The notes: a model not told the origin generated them from the letters alone. A stretch of 64,000 bases of DNA from Cyanobacteria bacterium SIG28 (GCA_015152525.1 SUTU01000006.1:39986-103985); one strand, 5' to 3'. Shown: positions 47,816-57,005, counted from the first letter of the stretch. Numbers and translations are program-made.

Positions 47816-47947
47816 TAAAGTAAGTTAAGTGAGTAAGGTGAGTAAAGTTCTTTAAATTTATTTCTTATTTATACCTTGTTTAATTTTGTTTTTATGAGCG
47901 TCAGTGAATTTATTGCACTTTACTCACTTTACTTACCTCACTTACTT
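47816..47947. repeat. Imperfect ~31-bp inverted repeat (GTGAGTAA/AGTAAG-rich arms) around a ~70-bp core, within the flagellar operon
   Basis: AAAGTAAGTTAAGTGAGTAAGGTGAGTAAAG ... CTTTACTCACTTTACTTACCTCACTTACTTT. The core shares AAGTTCTTTAAATT and ACGCTCATAAAAA (reverse complement) with 62123-62238. Confidence 0.8.
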
Positions 47948-47949
47948 TT

Positions 47950-48237
47950 TCAGCACAAATATTCTGCAATTACGCTTCTTCCGTATATTAATCCGTATTT
48001 TATATCTTCATCTGTTATATTAAATTCACCAACATATTCTGCACATTTTCTAATATCGTTAACATCCACTTTTTCAAGTAAACTTTTTGGTGCAGCTTTT
48101 GTACCGGAACTTGTTTCGTCAATTATATTTGAACTATCTTTTTCTTGCGGTTTATTAAGTTGATTAGCAGAGTTTCTTAATGCGTTAACTGCTGAAAACA
48201 CTTGTACACTATTATTTTGTCCTATTGATGATAACAT
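47950..48237 (-). CDS. Hypothetical 95-aa protein in the flagellar operon (in the position FlgM often occupies)
   Basis: ORF lies between the flgJ-N gene and flgH. No clear motif, so the assignment is positional only. Confidence 0.35.
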   Translation of the reverse strand: MLSSIGQNNSVQVFSAVNALRNSANQLNKPQEKDSSNIIDETSSGTKAAPKSLLEKVDVNDIRKCAEYVGEFNITDEDIKYGLIYGRSVIAEYLC

Positions 48238-48250
48238 TTATTTTCCCTTT

Positions 48251-48601
48251 TTATTTTACGTATTTTTCCATTTGTCTATAAATTTGTTGAGCCATTCCGA
48301 TACTTGAGCGAGGATTGCTTGCGATATCGTGTCCTATTTGCTGATAAACAATTGATTTAAAAGTATCTACATACTGACTTTTTTCGCCAAATAATCCATT
48401 TTCTCTGTCAACTGTTTTATCCATTTCTGTAAACATTTTGGTTACAAAAATCGCCTCAAATTCTTCTGCTGCTTTTTGTAATTGAGCTTTGGAATCACCT
48501 GCTTCTTTAATTCTGTTATATAAAATTTGATCAGAGTTAATAGTTTTAGCGCCGTCCAAATTATGTTTTATTAAATCAAATGATGCTGTTGAAAAATCCA
48601 T
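48251..48601 (-). CDS. flgJ: Rod-binding protein: FlgJ N-terminal domain only, no muramidase domain
   Basis: AAEEFEAIFVTKMFTEMDKT matches the Rod_binding motif (FEa.f...mlk.M). Only 116 aa long. Confidence 0.7.
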   Translation of the reverse strand: MDFSTASFDLIKHNLDGAKTINSDQILYNRIKEAGDSKAQLQKAAEEFEAIFVTKMFTEMDKTVDRENGLFGEKSQYVDTFKSIVYQQIGHDIASNPRSSIGMAQQIYRQMEKYVK

Positions 48602-48640
48602 CTTTTCCTTTCATTAAGTCTTTAAGACGTTAAATTCGTT

Positions 48641-49741
48641 TTAAATAATAATCAACTCTGCTTGTAAGCTACCTGACTTTTTCAAAGCTTGAAGTATTGA
48701 AATTAAGTCAACAGGTGCAACCCCAATAGAATTTAAAGCTCTAATTAAATCATTTAGGTTGCTGTTTGCGGGCATTTCGACCAAGCTACCCGGTGCTTTA
48801 TTAATTTCTATATCAGAATTTTCAAACCCAACGGTTGCACCTTCTGCAAAACTGTTTGGTTGAGAAACTTCATTTGTTGTAGAAACAGTTACGGTTATAT
48901 TTCCATGCGCAACAGCAGCAGGAAGTAATTTTACATCAGCACCGATTACAACTGTTCCGGTTCTTTCATTCACAACAACTTTAGCTCTTTCTAAAGTTGG
49001 AGCAACTTCCAAATTTTCAAGAAGTGAGATAAAAGTTACTCTGTCATTCATAAATCTTTGCGGAATCATCACTTTAACAGAACTTCCGTCAATAGCTTGT
49101 GCAGGTGCTAAAGCTGAAACTGTATTTGCAATTCTGGAAACTAAAGTATAATCTGATTTATCAAGACATAAAGTTATTGAATTTTCATCACCGATTTCTG
49201 TATAAATATCACGTTCAATAATCGCACCCCCAGGAATTCTTCCTGAAGTTGTAATTGCTGTTCTTGCTGAAGATCCACCTGCTATTTTATTAATACCACC
49301 AACGGATAAAGGACCTTGTGCAACAGCTACCGCTTCACCATTTGGTGCTTTTAGAATTGTTTGAACAAGAACGCCGCCCTCTAAACTTTTTGCATCGGCA
49401 ATAGCTGATACAGTTACGTCGATTTTATCACCATTTTTAGAAAACGGTGGAACTGTAGCGGTTACGATAACAGCAGCTGAAGCACCTTTTTGAATATAGT
49501 TTTCTTGCTCAATTACTGTACCCAAGTTTCTTAATAACATTTTATTAGTAATTTGAGTTGAACGAGAGTTATCACCTGTACCCGGTAAACCAACTACAAT
49601 ACCATAACCTACAAGTTGGTTTTCACGCACACCTTTAATGTGAGTCAAATCCATAATTCTAACTTTTGCTTCAATAGCATTAGCAGGAATTAACCCTGAT
49701 ATCATGATTAATGTTAATATTGTTGCTAAGATTTTTTTCAT
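48641..49741 (-). CDS. flgI: Flagellar P-ring protein
   Basis: RIMDLTHIKGVRENQLVGYGIVVGLPGTGD and the C-terminal LNSIGVAPVDLISILQALKKSGSLQAELIII. Confidence 0.95.
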   Translation of the reverse strand: MKKILATILTLIMISGLIPANAIEAKVRIMDLTHIKGVRENQLVGYGIVVGLPGTGDNSRSTQITNKMLLRNLGTVIEQENYIQKGASAAVIVTATVPPFSKNGDKIDVTVSAIADAKSLEGGVLVQTILKAPNGEAVAVAQGPLSVGGINKIAGGSSARTAITTSGRIPGGAIIERDIYTEIGDENSITLCLDKSDYTLVSRIANTVSALAPAQAIDGSSVKVMIPQRFMNDRVTFISLLENLEVAPTLERAKVVVNERTGTVVIGADVKLLPAAVAHGNITVTVSTTNEVSQPNSFAEGATVGFENSDIEINKAPGSLVEMPANSNLNDLIRALNSIGVAPVDLISILQALKKSGSLQAELIII

Positions 49742-49762
49742 ATACTTACCCTTTATAAAATT

Positions 49763-50467
49763 TTAGATGTTTACTAAAACTCTATTTTCCCCAATTATTT
49801 TTCCTGTATAAACTTTTTTGTAGTTTTTATTTTGTACATTTATATAATCGCCGGTCATTCCGTCTGCCATTGCTGTTCCGTCAATTGTTATCATTACCGC
49901 ACCATTAGAAACAAAGAATATTCTAACTTCACCGTTTCTAAGCACATCCGGTTTCATTTTTACAAACCTTTTATCAATAATTTCTCCTTTTTGGAACGCT
50001 TTTTTAGCAGACATTTCCTTGTTAAGAACTTTTTCTGATAAAACATAATCAGCATTTTGAGAAACATCCATTCTTTTAACAAGAGTTGCCTCTCTCGTAA
50101 TAGCTTGCTCTCTGTTTATAAAATCTGCTGCAACAAGAACTTCTTTATAAACACTTGTTTGAGCCGGTAGATTTAAAGTTCTTATGTAAGCACCGTCAAC
50201 ATAAACATCTACTCTTTTAATATCTCTAGGAACTATTTTATCTGCTCCTTGAACTATTTTATATGTTACCTTCCCGTCCGGTAGCTGAAGTTCTGCAAAA
50301 GGTGTTGCAGTAATTTTTACTTCTACATCAGCATTTGTATTTTTTTTGTAAATATTTTCAAGTTGAGTTGAAATTTGACTTTTAATTTCAGCAGAACTGA
50401 TAGTTTGAGCATTTACACTCAATCCTATCATCATTATTAACGCTGTAATTAAAATCCTATTTAACAT
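49763..50467 (-). CDS. flgA: Flagellar basal-body P-ring formation chaperone
   Basis: Signal peptide and a C-terminal SAF-like domain (V.RNGEV.I......MITIDGTAMADG..GDYINVQN....K.YTGKI). Confidence 0.75.
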   Translation of the reverse strand: MLNRILITALIMMIGLSVNAQTISSAEIKSQISTQLENIYKKNTNADVEVKITATPFAELQLPDGKVTYKIVQGADKIVPRDIKRVDVYVDGAYIRTLNLPAQTSVYKEVLVAADFINREQAITREATLVKRMDVSQNADYVLSEKVLNKEMSAKKAFQKGEIIDKRFVKMKPDVLRNGEVRIFFVSNGAVMITIDGTAMADGMTGDYINVQNKNYKKVYTGKIIGENRVLVNI

Positions 50468-50488
50468 CCACTACTCACTTTTCATTGT

Positions 50489-51274
50489 TTATGACATGTT
50501 ATTAGTTAACTGCAAGATATTGCTTGAAGAATTAATCAATTTTGAATTTGATTCGAATGCACGTTCAGCCTTAATCAAACCAACTAACTCATCTACAATT
50601 TGCACGTTAGAACCTTCCAACATACCTTGTTGAATTAAACCTAAACCATTTTGTCCCGGAGTATCTTGAACAGGGTTTCCGGAAGCTTGTGTTTCTTTAT
50701 ACAAATTATGACCAATTGACAACAAACCTGATGGGTTTTGGAATTTTACCAACTGCAAAGAACCAACAATTGACTGTTGAGTTTGCCCAGGTAATGTTAC
50801 AGAGATGTTACCGTCTTGTGTAATTGTAACTTCTGTCGCATCACGAGGAATAGAAACAGAAGGCTGAATTAACAAGCCGTCATTTGTACAAAGTTGACCT
50901 AAAGAGTCTACTTGTAAACAACCATCACGTGTATAAGCAAGAGAACCGTCTTCTTTCATAACTTGTAAGAAACCTTCACCTTCGATTTCGATATCAAGTT
51001 GTCTGCCTGTAGAAATTGCAACACCTTGAGTAAAAATTCTTGTTGTTGCAGCAGTCTTAACCCCAAGTCCGATTTCTATACCTACAGGTTGATAAGTACC
51101 TTGGTTCATCAACGCACCCGGTGTTCTTGCTGCTTGAGATAATAAATCTTGAAATTCAATTCTCGATTTTTTAAACCCTGTAGTATTAACATTTGATACG
51201 TTGTTCGCAATAACATCAAGGTAATTTTGTTGTGCTATCATACCTGTTGCTGCTGTTGTTAATGCTCTTAACAT
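50489..51274 (-). CDS. flgG: Flagellar distal rod protein
   Basis: MLRALTTAATGMIAQQNYLDVIANNVSNVNTTGFKK at the N-terminus and GMLEGSNV..V.ELV.LI.A.RAFE at the C-terminus. 261 aa. Confidence 0.9.
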   Translation of the reverse strand: MLRALTTAATGMIAQQNYLDVIANNVSNVNTTGFKKSRIEFQDLLSQAARTPGALMNQGTYQPVGIEIGLGVKTAATTRIFTQGVAISTGRQLDIEIEGEGFLQVMKEDGSLAYTRDGCLQVDSLGQLCTNDGLLIQPSVSIPRDATEVTITQDGNISVTLPGQTQQSIVGSLQLVKFQNPSGLLSIGHNLYKETQASGNPVQDTPGQNGLGLIQQGMLEGSNVQIVDELVGLIKAERAFESNSKLINSSSNILQLTNNMS

Positions 51275-51371
51275 AATTTATTTTCCTCTCTTAAGTTTGG
51301 TTTTTATTTTTTTAGATAATAAGGTAATATGAATATAATCTCTTATTTTATTATTCCCTTATTGCTTTTCT

Positions 51372-52193
51372 TTATTGTGTTATTTTACCTACAGAAACTG
51401 CCGTTCTCAGTAAGTCATTATTTGTGCTTACAACTTTAGTAAGCGATTCGTAATTTCTGGTTGTTTGAATTGTATTTATCATTTCCTTAATTACGTTTGA
51501 ATTAGATAACTCTAACATTCCTTGTTGAACCGTAAATTTTTCAGCTTTTAGTTCAGGATTATTTTCTTTATCCATTGGTATAAATCTTGTATCTGCTATT
51601 TCAAACAAGTCTTCTTTGTTTGAAAAATCAAATATACCGATAGTCTGCATAGGTATTTTTTGAGTGTAAGAATTCATCTCAATATTACCTTGTTCGCCGA
51701 TAACAATTTCCATTCTGTCGCGCATTAATTCAGGATCCCAATCCTCTGGAATCATTCGGATTTTCCTATTGTTAACGTCAAGCACGTATTCACCTTGTTT
51801 AGTTACAAGATACTCTTCGTTATTAATAGCAAATGAACCGTTTCTGGTATAAGAAACTTTACCCTCACCATCTTGAATTTTGAAGAAACCATCACCTTCA
51901 ATAGCTAAATCAAATTTATTTCCGGTTTTGTCCAACGCACCTTGTGAAAAATCGTGAACATAATCAATTGATTGTGAACCCATTGATAAAGTTCCTAAAT
52001 ATCTGCTCGTATCATTTCTTAAAATAGAACCCTCTTGAGAATATACAGCAGATTCCATTACATCCTTAAAACGTAACTCACCCTTTTTAAAACCAACAGT
52101 ATTCACGTTAGCCAAGTTATTAGCTATTCTGTCATTCATATCCATAAGAGCGACCATACCTTTAGCCGCAGATTCCAAACCTCTAACTATCAT
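51372..52193 (-). CDS. flgF: Flagellar proximal rod protein (FlgF/FlgG family)
   Basis: N-terminal IANNLANVNTVGFKK and C-terminal GMLELSNSNV..EM...I...R.YE. Confidence 0.75.
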   Translation of the reverse strand: MIVRGLESAAKGMVALMDMNDRIANNLANVNTVGFKKGELRFKDVMESAVYSQEGSILRNDTSRYLGTLSMGSQSIDYVHDFSQGALDKTGNKFDLAIEGDGFFKIQDGEGKVSYTRNGSFAINNEEYLVTKQGEYVLDVNNRKIRMIPEDWDPELMRDRMEIVIGEQGNIEMNSYTQKIPMQTIGIFDFSNKEDLFEIADTRFIPMDKENNPELKAEKFTVQQGMLELSNSNVIKEMINTIQTTRNYESLTKVVSTNNDLLRTAVSVGKITQ

Positions 52194-52741
52194 CCTGCCA
52201 CCCCTTTGTATGTGTCATACTTACTTAAAACTTTTTTTACATAATTTTGTGTTTCAGCATATGGTGGAATTCCACCATATTTTTTTACTGCATTAGGTCC
52301 TGCATTATATGCAGCAAGTGCCAATGACTTGTTGTTATCAAATCTGTCCATTAACCCTTTCAAATACTTTGTGCCACCTTCAATATTCTGCTCAGCATCA
52401 TACGCATTTTTAACACCTAATCCTTGTGCAGTGGATGGCATTAATTGCATAAGTCCCATTGCGCCACAATGTGAAGTTGCATTAGGATTAAATCCTGATT
52501 CTTGATTAATAACAGCTTTTACAAAATCTTCATCCAAACCGTTTTTATCAGCATATTTTGTAATTAAATTATCTATTTCACTTCTTGATACAGATGTTGG
52601 ATTTTTTGAATTCTTAGCTGTAGACTCTAATATTTTTTGAAAATCATTATCCGGTTTTTGAGCAATAGAAGCTAATGACTGAAATTGATTTTCAATCATA
52701 TTCATGCGCTGCAAAGTAACATTTAGGCTCGAAAGCTGCAC
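52190..52741 (-). CDS. Soluble lytic transglycosylase (SLT-domain) protein, translationally coupled to flgF
   Basis: VINQESGFNPNATSHCGAMGLMQLMPSTA and AYNAGP motifs. GTG start after GGAGGAG. 4-nt overlap with the flgF start. Confidence 0.8.
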   Translation of the reverse strand: MQLSSLNVTLQRMNMIENQFQSLASIAQKPDNDFQKILESTAKNSKNPTSVSRSEIDNLITKYADKNGLDEDFVKAVINQESGFNPNATSHCGAMGLMQLMPSTAQGLGVKNAYDAEQNIEGGTKYLKGLMDRFDNNKSLALAAYNAGPNAVKKYGGIPPYAETQNYVKKVLSKYDTYKGVAG

Positions 52742-53072
52742 CTCTCGTTCTCCTCCGGTCTATTCTATTATATTCTTACCAAGTCTTTTAAATTATTTTT
52801 GTAGGGTATACCACACCCCACCATAGTCTACACTCACAGTGTAATACATATAATGTAGACAGACATCGACCAGAAGATTGAACTTTTAATTCTCGTATTG
52901 ACCATGTGGTCAATGTGAGATTATATATTTTTAAGAGTAATCCTTCCACTTTTATGGTGTACTTTAAGTATTTTTCTTCTTTGGCTTGCAAATAAAGAAG
53001 AAAAAGCACGTATACGTAACATTAAATTCAAAAATAATTGTTAACAACAATTAAAAATTAAAATTCTATTGA

Positions 53073-54812
53073 TTATCCTGCTAAGAAAGAGCTGTAATTT
53101 TGTTGCATTTGTGAAATTACTAACTCCATATTACTAAATTTCTTTTCTAATTGTGTTTGATATACATCAATTCTGGATTGTTGTTTAGTAATTTTTTCTT
53201 CCATTTTTCTAATATCTGAATCTAAAGTTGTTTGTTTAATATCAAAGAACCCTGTTGTAGCAGATAGCATTTGTTCAACAGTGCTTTCCATCATATTAAA
53301 TATGCCGTTATCACCTGCAAGAATAGCTCTTACGGATTCCGGATCTTCCTCCAACGCCTTTTTGAACGCTTCTTCGTCAAATTCCAAAGTCGTTGTATCT
53401 GTAGATAAATTGCCACCGTCAGCTTTTCCTGTTGAAATACCTAACTGTGATAATAAATTGTAAGCACCGCCATTAGTTGAATTACTACCGTTTGCATAAG
53501 TTCTGATAGTGTTTTTAAAACTGGTTAAAGATGTTTCTCTCTGCAAATCTGCACCACTTGCTGTTACTTCATCGATTTTGTCCATAGTTTTGTTATATGC
53601 ACTTACAAATTCTTTAACTGCACTAACCAAGTCAGAAGTATTTTGAGTTACTTTTAATGTTGTGTTGCCATCTTCTTCAGTATTAACTTTTTTAAGAGTC
53701 AAGGTTACATCTGTTAACCTTGAAACATCAGAAGTAATTGTGTTTGAAGTTGCTGTCATACTTGTACCGTTTATTGTGAATCTGGCATTTTGACCCAACT
53801 CCTGAATATCTGTAAACATTTTTGATGAAGTAACATTTCCTTCTTCATCACGTTCAGTTTCGGTAAAGCCCATTACGTCAGTAAAATTACTTGTTCCGGC
53901 TTGAATATTAATGTATGAAGCACCCTCTTTCTTAGAAGTTATAGAAAGTTTACCGGTTGCATCATCCCAATAAGCATATGCTTGTGCTTCATCTGTATTG
54001 TTAATCTGAGATATTATATCTGATAATGTTGTATCTTTACCAATAGTGAATGTTGCATCACCAATAGTAAATGTACCGGCTGTAATTTTTTCATTAAATC
54101 CTGAATTTTCAGATGTTAATTTTGTTGAAGTATTAGCTTTGAATAAAGAATTAGTTGAAAGGTAAGTGCCGTCCTCTTGTTGTGTTATACCAAACAAAGA
54201 AACGATATTTGAAGAATCGGTAGTTGAACCGACACTTATTACACTATTTTCATCAATAGCCGAAAATCTCATTGCACCGTTTTCGCCGATTTCAGCTTTA
54301 ACACCGGCAGCTGCCAGTTGAGCTTTTAAATCACTCACAGTGTCATCTTCTTCTATGTTTATTGTTGTTTTCACACCGTCAACAAAAACAGCTAAAGTAC
54401 CTTCTTTAATACCTAAATCTGTTAATTTTGTTGTATCATCGGCAACAGCACTTGCAGGTTCTCTGGAACTCGCTTTTGTACAAGTTGCAAGCTGTTCTAC
54501 AGTAATATCATATGTCTGCTTTGAAGCATTATTACCGGCGGTAGCTGTAAAAATGTCTGTGTTTGAAGAAGTTGCTGTGTTTTTTGCAAACAAATCAAAA
54601 GTTCCGCCAAATTTTGCGTCCGTCAATTTTTCAAGAGCAGTTCTTAAAGACGATACAGAACTTCTTGTATCGGACAGAGTAGACTTTGATTTCTGAATGT
54701 CTTTTAATTCAGTTTGTAAAGTTGTAATTTTTTCCTGTTTAACCGATACCAGAGCATCAACCCATGCTGCTGTATCCAAACCCGACGCCAAACCGCTAAA
54801 TGATATTACCAT
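53073..54812 (-). CDS. fliD: Flagellar filament cap protein
   Basis: N-terminal ISFSGLASGLDTAAWVDALV and the C-terminal FSNMELVISQMQ pattern. 579 aa. Confidence 0.9.
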   Translation of the reverse strand: MVISFSGLASGLDTAAWVDALVSVKQEKITTLQTELKDIQKSKSTLSDTRSSVSSLRTALEKLTDAKFGGTFDLFAKNTATSSNTDIFTATAGNNASKQTYDITVEQLATCTKASSREPASAVADDTTKLTDLGIKEGTLAVFVDGVKTTINIEEDDTVSDLKAQLAAAGVKAEIGENGAMRFSAIDENSVISVGSTTDSSNIVSLFGITQQEDGTYLSTNSLFKANTSTKLTSENSGFNEKITAGTFTIGDATFTIGKDTTLSDIISQINNTDEAQAYAYWDDATGKLSITSKKEGASYINIQAGTSNFTDVMGFTETERDEEGNVTSSKMFTDIQELGQNARFTINGTSMTATSNTITSDVSRLTDVTLTLKKVNTEEDGNTTLKVTQNTSDLVSAVKEFVSAYNKTMDKIDEVTASGADLQRETSLTSFKNTIRTYANGSNSTNGGAYNLLSQLGISTGKADGGNLSTDTTTLEFDEEAFKKALEEDPESVRAILAGDNGIFNMMESTVEQMLSATTGFFDIKQTTLDSDIRKMEEKITKQQSRIDVYQTQLEKKFSNMELVISQMQQNYSSFLAG

Positions 54813-54935
54813 TAATAAAATCCTTTTTGTTAACTTCGTTAGTATATACTAATATATATAATATTATAATCTATCTATTAGTGCTTTTCAACCCTACGGA
54901 TGAAGTATATTGTTACATAACTTTATGTTTTTCTC

Positions 54936-57005
54936 TTATGAGAATACACCGAATGTACTGTCAATGTTGTCAGAAATTTGTGTTTTTAATGAATCCATTT
55001 GAGAACTCAAAGCTTGTCTTTCAGTATCAAGTTTTGTTAACTCTTGGTCATAACGTTTTTCTTTTCTGTCAATATCTTTCATTGCTTTTTCGTATTTTGC
55101 CTCAGCTTTTGCCAATTGTGTCTTATCAATTTCTGTTGTATTGCTGAATGAAACAGATGTTTCAGCACCAATCATAGCTGAGTCCATTTCTATTTGACCA
55201 TTGGAATTTACTGAATAACTTTCTAAAGTAAATCTGCCTGATACTAATTGTTGATTTAACCATTCATTATTATTAGCAGCGCCAGCTTGTGCTTCTGAAT
55301 TAAATGTTTCAATTGATACACAATCACCACAAGCTTCAATTTGTTTGTAGATATTTGCATAGTAATTGAATAATGGCATATCGATATTATCTTTTTCAGT
55401 GCCTAATGCAGCAGCCAAAACTGTAGAACCTTGAGTTCTGTAGAAATCATATTTAAAGTTTTCAAGTAAAGTTTCTAGATTAGCTGCACCGTTAGGGTTA
55501 GTTTCTCTCATTTGTGCAAGAGCAGCGTCAACTTCTGCATCATTAAATATACTTGAAACAGGACCATATTGATTTAATTGTTGCATTATGCTGTCGTGTG
55601 CGCTTACTAAATAATTGCCTGATGAAGCATTAGAAGCGTATTGATCGTATGCTGATTGTTCAAGCTGATCGTATGCATTACCACTATTTACCGGCGGTGT
55701 GAAAGAAGGTGTGCCGTTATCCCAATTAAATACAGTCGGACCTGTCATATTTAATGTTGGTGCATGAGGTGCTGGTGAAGCCATAATTGTTGTTGCCAAT
55801 GGTTCCGGTTTTTCAGGTTGTTCCGGCTCTGGCGAGTCTATTACACGTGTTGGTACTGAATCAGATTCCGGTGTAGAAGTAGCCGGTGGTGTTGAACCTG
55901 CAGGTGGTGTTGAAGCTGCAGGTGGTTCCGGTGTTGAAGCACCAATAGTGCCACCTAGCACACCCCAAGAAGGTAATCCGCCAACAACAGTAATTGTTTC
56001 CATATTACTGTTTTCAGGCATTGTTACATTACTAGGTGTTGCAGGTGGAGTACCTGCTGGTAAAGATGGTATTGCTGCAGTTCCTGCAGAAATTAATGTA
56101 GCGTTAGGAGAATCAGGAATAGCGGCTGCTGCACCATTATCCGGACCTTCAATTACTATGTCTTCAATTGGCACATTCGGTAATTCGGTAGAATCTGTTG
56201 CAACGAAAGCACCGGGTGCGCCAAATGCTCCGGGTGCAATAATAGCTGATGTTAATACATCCGGTGCATCAATATCAGGTAGCCCACCTTGAAGAGCCGG
56301 TGTAGGCAAACCGGGTGTTGTAGGATTAGCAGCCGGTGATGCCATTAATCCTGCAGAGGTTACTCCCGGTAATGCTGAACCTGTGAGTGTTGTTAAAGTA
56401 GGTGCGCTTGGTGTAGGTGCACTTGGCGGCGCTGCTGTTCTAAATCCAGCAGTTACCATAGGTGTTTGAATAAGTGTTTCTTCGCCCAATATAACAGGCA
56501 AAGGTTCTTCAGTGCCTTCGCTTGCACTATCTCCATTAATTGTACCAAAACTTGGTAAACTTGACGAAACATAAGTAGAAGCTACCGGTATGCTGGTAGT
56601 TGTTCCTGAACCGGCAGTTTCATTAAAATAAGAAGGATCAATCCCCATCATTAATGCTGCAAATTCATAAGCGTCAGAAGCACCGCCGTTTTTATAAGCA
56701 TCATAAACTTCTTGTTCAACAACCAAACGGCCTTGATCATCCATTAATGAATAGTGTTTACCGCCGGCATTTTTAATATTTTCACTTGAACACAAATTAT
56801 TAAAAGTTGCTGCAACCAAAGTGTTATCCGGTTGTTTTATAGTTAAAGTTGTACCGTCAAGTGCATTTAAATATTCTGTGTATGCAGCATCTGAAAAGTT
56901 GGCTAGTTGCAACTTTTTAGCTTGAATATTCTGTGCTTGATATTCAACATCATGCATTCTGTTTGTTAGTGCAAGCAAACGTGCTTGCGATGCTGACATA
57001 CCCAT
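54936..57005 (-). CDS. Unknown 689-aa protein with coiled-coil N- and C-termini and a long Pro/Ala/Thr/Ser-rich low-complexity core; first gene of the flagellar cluster
   Basis: N-terminus MGMSASQARLLALTNRMHDVEYQAQNIQAKKLQL and C-terminal heptad-like KAEAKYEKAMKDIDRKEKRYDQELTKLDTERQALSSQMDSLKTQ. The core (about residues 185-420) carries PSAPTPSAPT and STPEPPAASTPPAGSTPPATSTPE. Confidence 0.6.
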   Translation of the reverse strand: MGMSASQARLLALTNRMHDVEYQAQNIQAKKLQLANFSDAAYTEYLNALDGTTLTIKQPDNTLVAATFNNLCSSENIKNAGGKHYSLMDDQGRLVVEQEVYDAYKNGGASDAYEFAALMMGIDPSYFNETAGSGTTTSIPVASTYVSSSLPSFGTINGDSASEGTEEPLPVILGEETLIQTPMVTAGFRTAAPPSAPTPSAPTLTTLTGSALPGVTSAGLMASPAANPTTPGLPTPALQGGLPDIDAPDVLTSAIIAPGAFGAPGAFVATDSTELPNVPIEDIVIEGPDNGAAAAIPDSPNATLISAGTAAIPSLPAGTPPATPSNVTMPENSNMETITVVGGLPSWGVLGGTIGASTPEPPAASTPPAGSTPPATSTPESDSVPTRVIDSPEPEQPEKPEPLATTIMASPAPHAPTLNMTGPTVFNWDNGTPSFTPPVNSGNAYDQLEQSAYDQYASNASSGNYLVSAHDSIMQQLNQYGPVSSIFNDAEVDAALAQMRETNPNGAANLETLLENFKYDFYRTQGSTVLAAALGTEKDNIDMPLFNYYANIYKQIEACGDCVSIETFNSEAQAGAANNNEWLNQQLVSGRFTLESYSVNSNGQIEMDSAMIGAETSVSFSNTTEIDKTQLAKAEAKYEKAMKDIDRKEKRYDQELTKLDTERQALSSQMDSLKTQISDNIDSTFGVFS

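Noticed and set aside
52788-53009. 73-aa ORF in the fliD/SLT gap
   Set aside because: It has no ribosome-binding site, an odd Cys/Trp/Leu-rich composition, and it spans palindromic non-coding elements. I treated it as spurious.
54340-56292. Plus-strand ORFs antisense to fliD and to the 689-aa gene (54340-54696, 54800-55147, 55948-56292)
   Set aside because: These are shadow ORFs on the opposite strand of well-supported genes. The 55948 ORF exists only because the low-complexity Pro/Ala/Thr-coding DNA lacks stops in the antisense frame.
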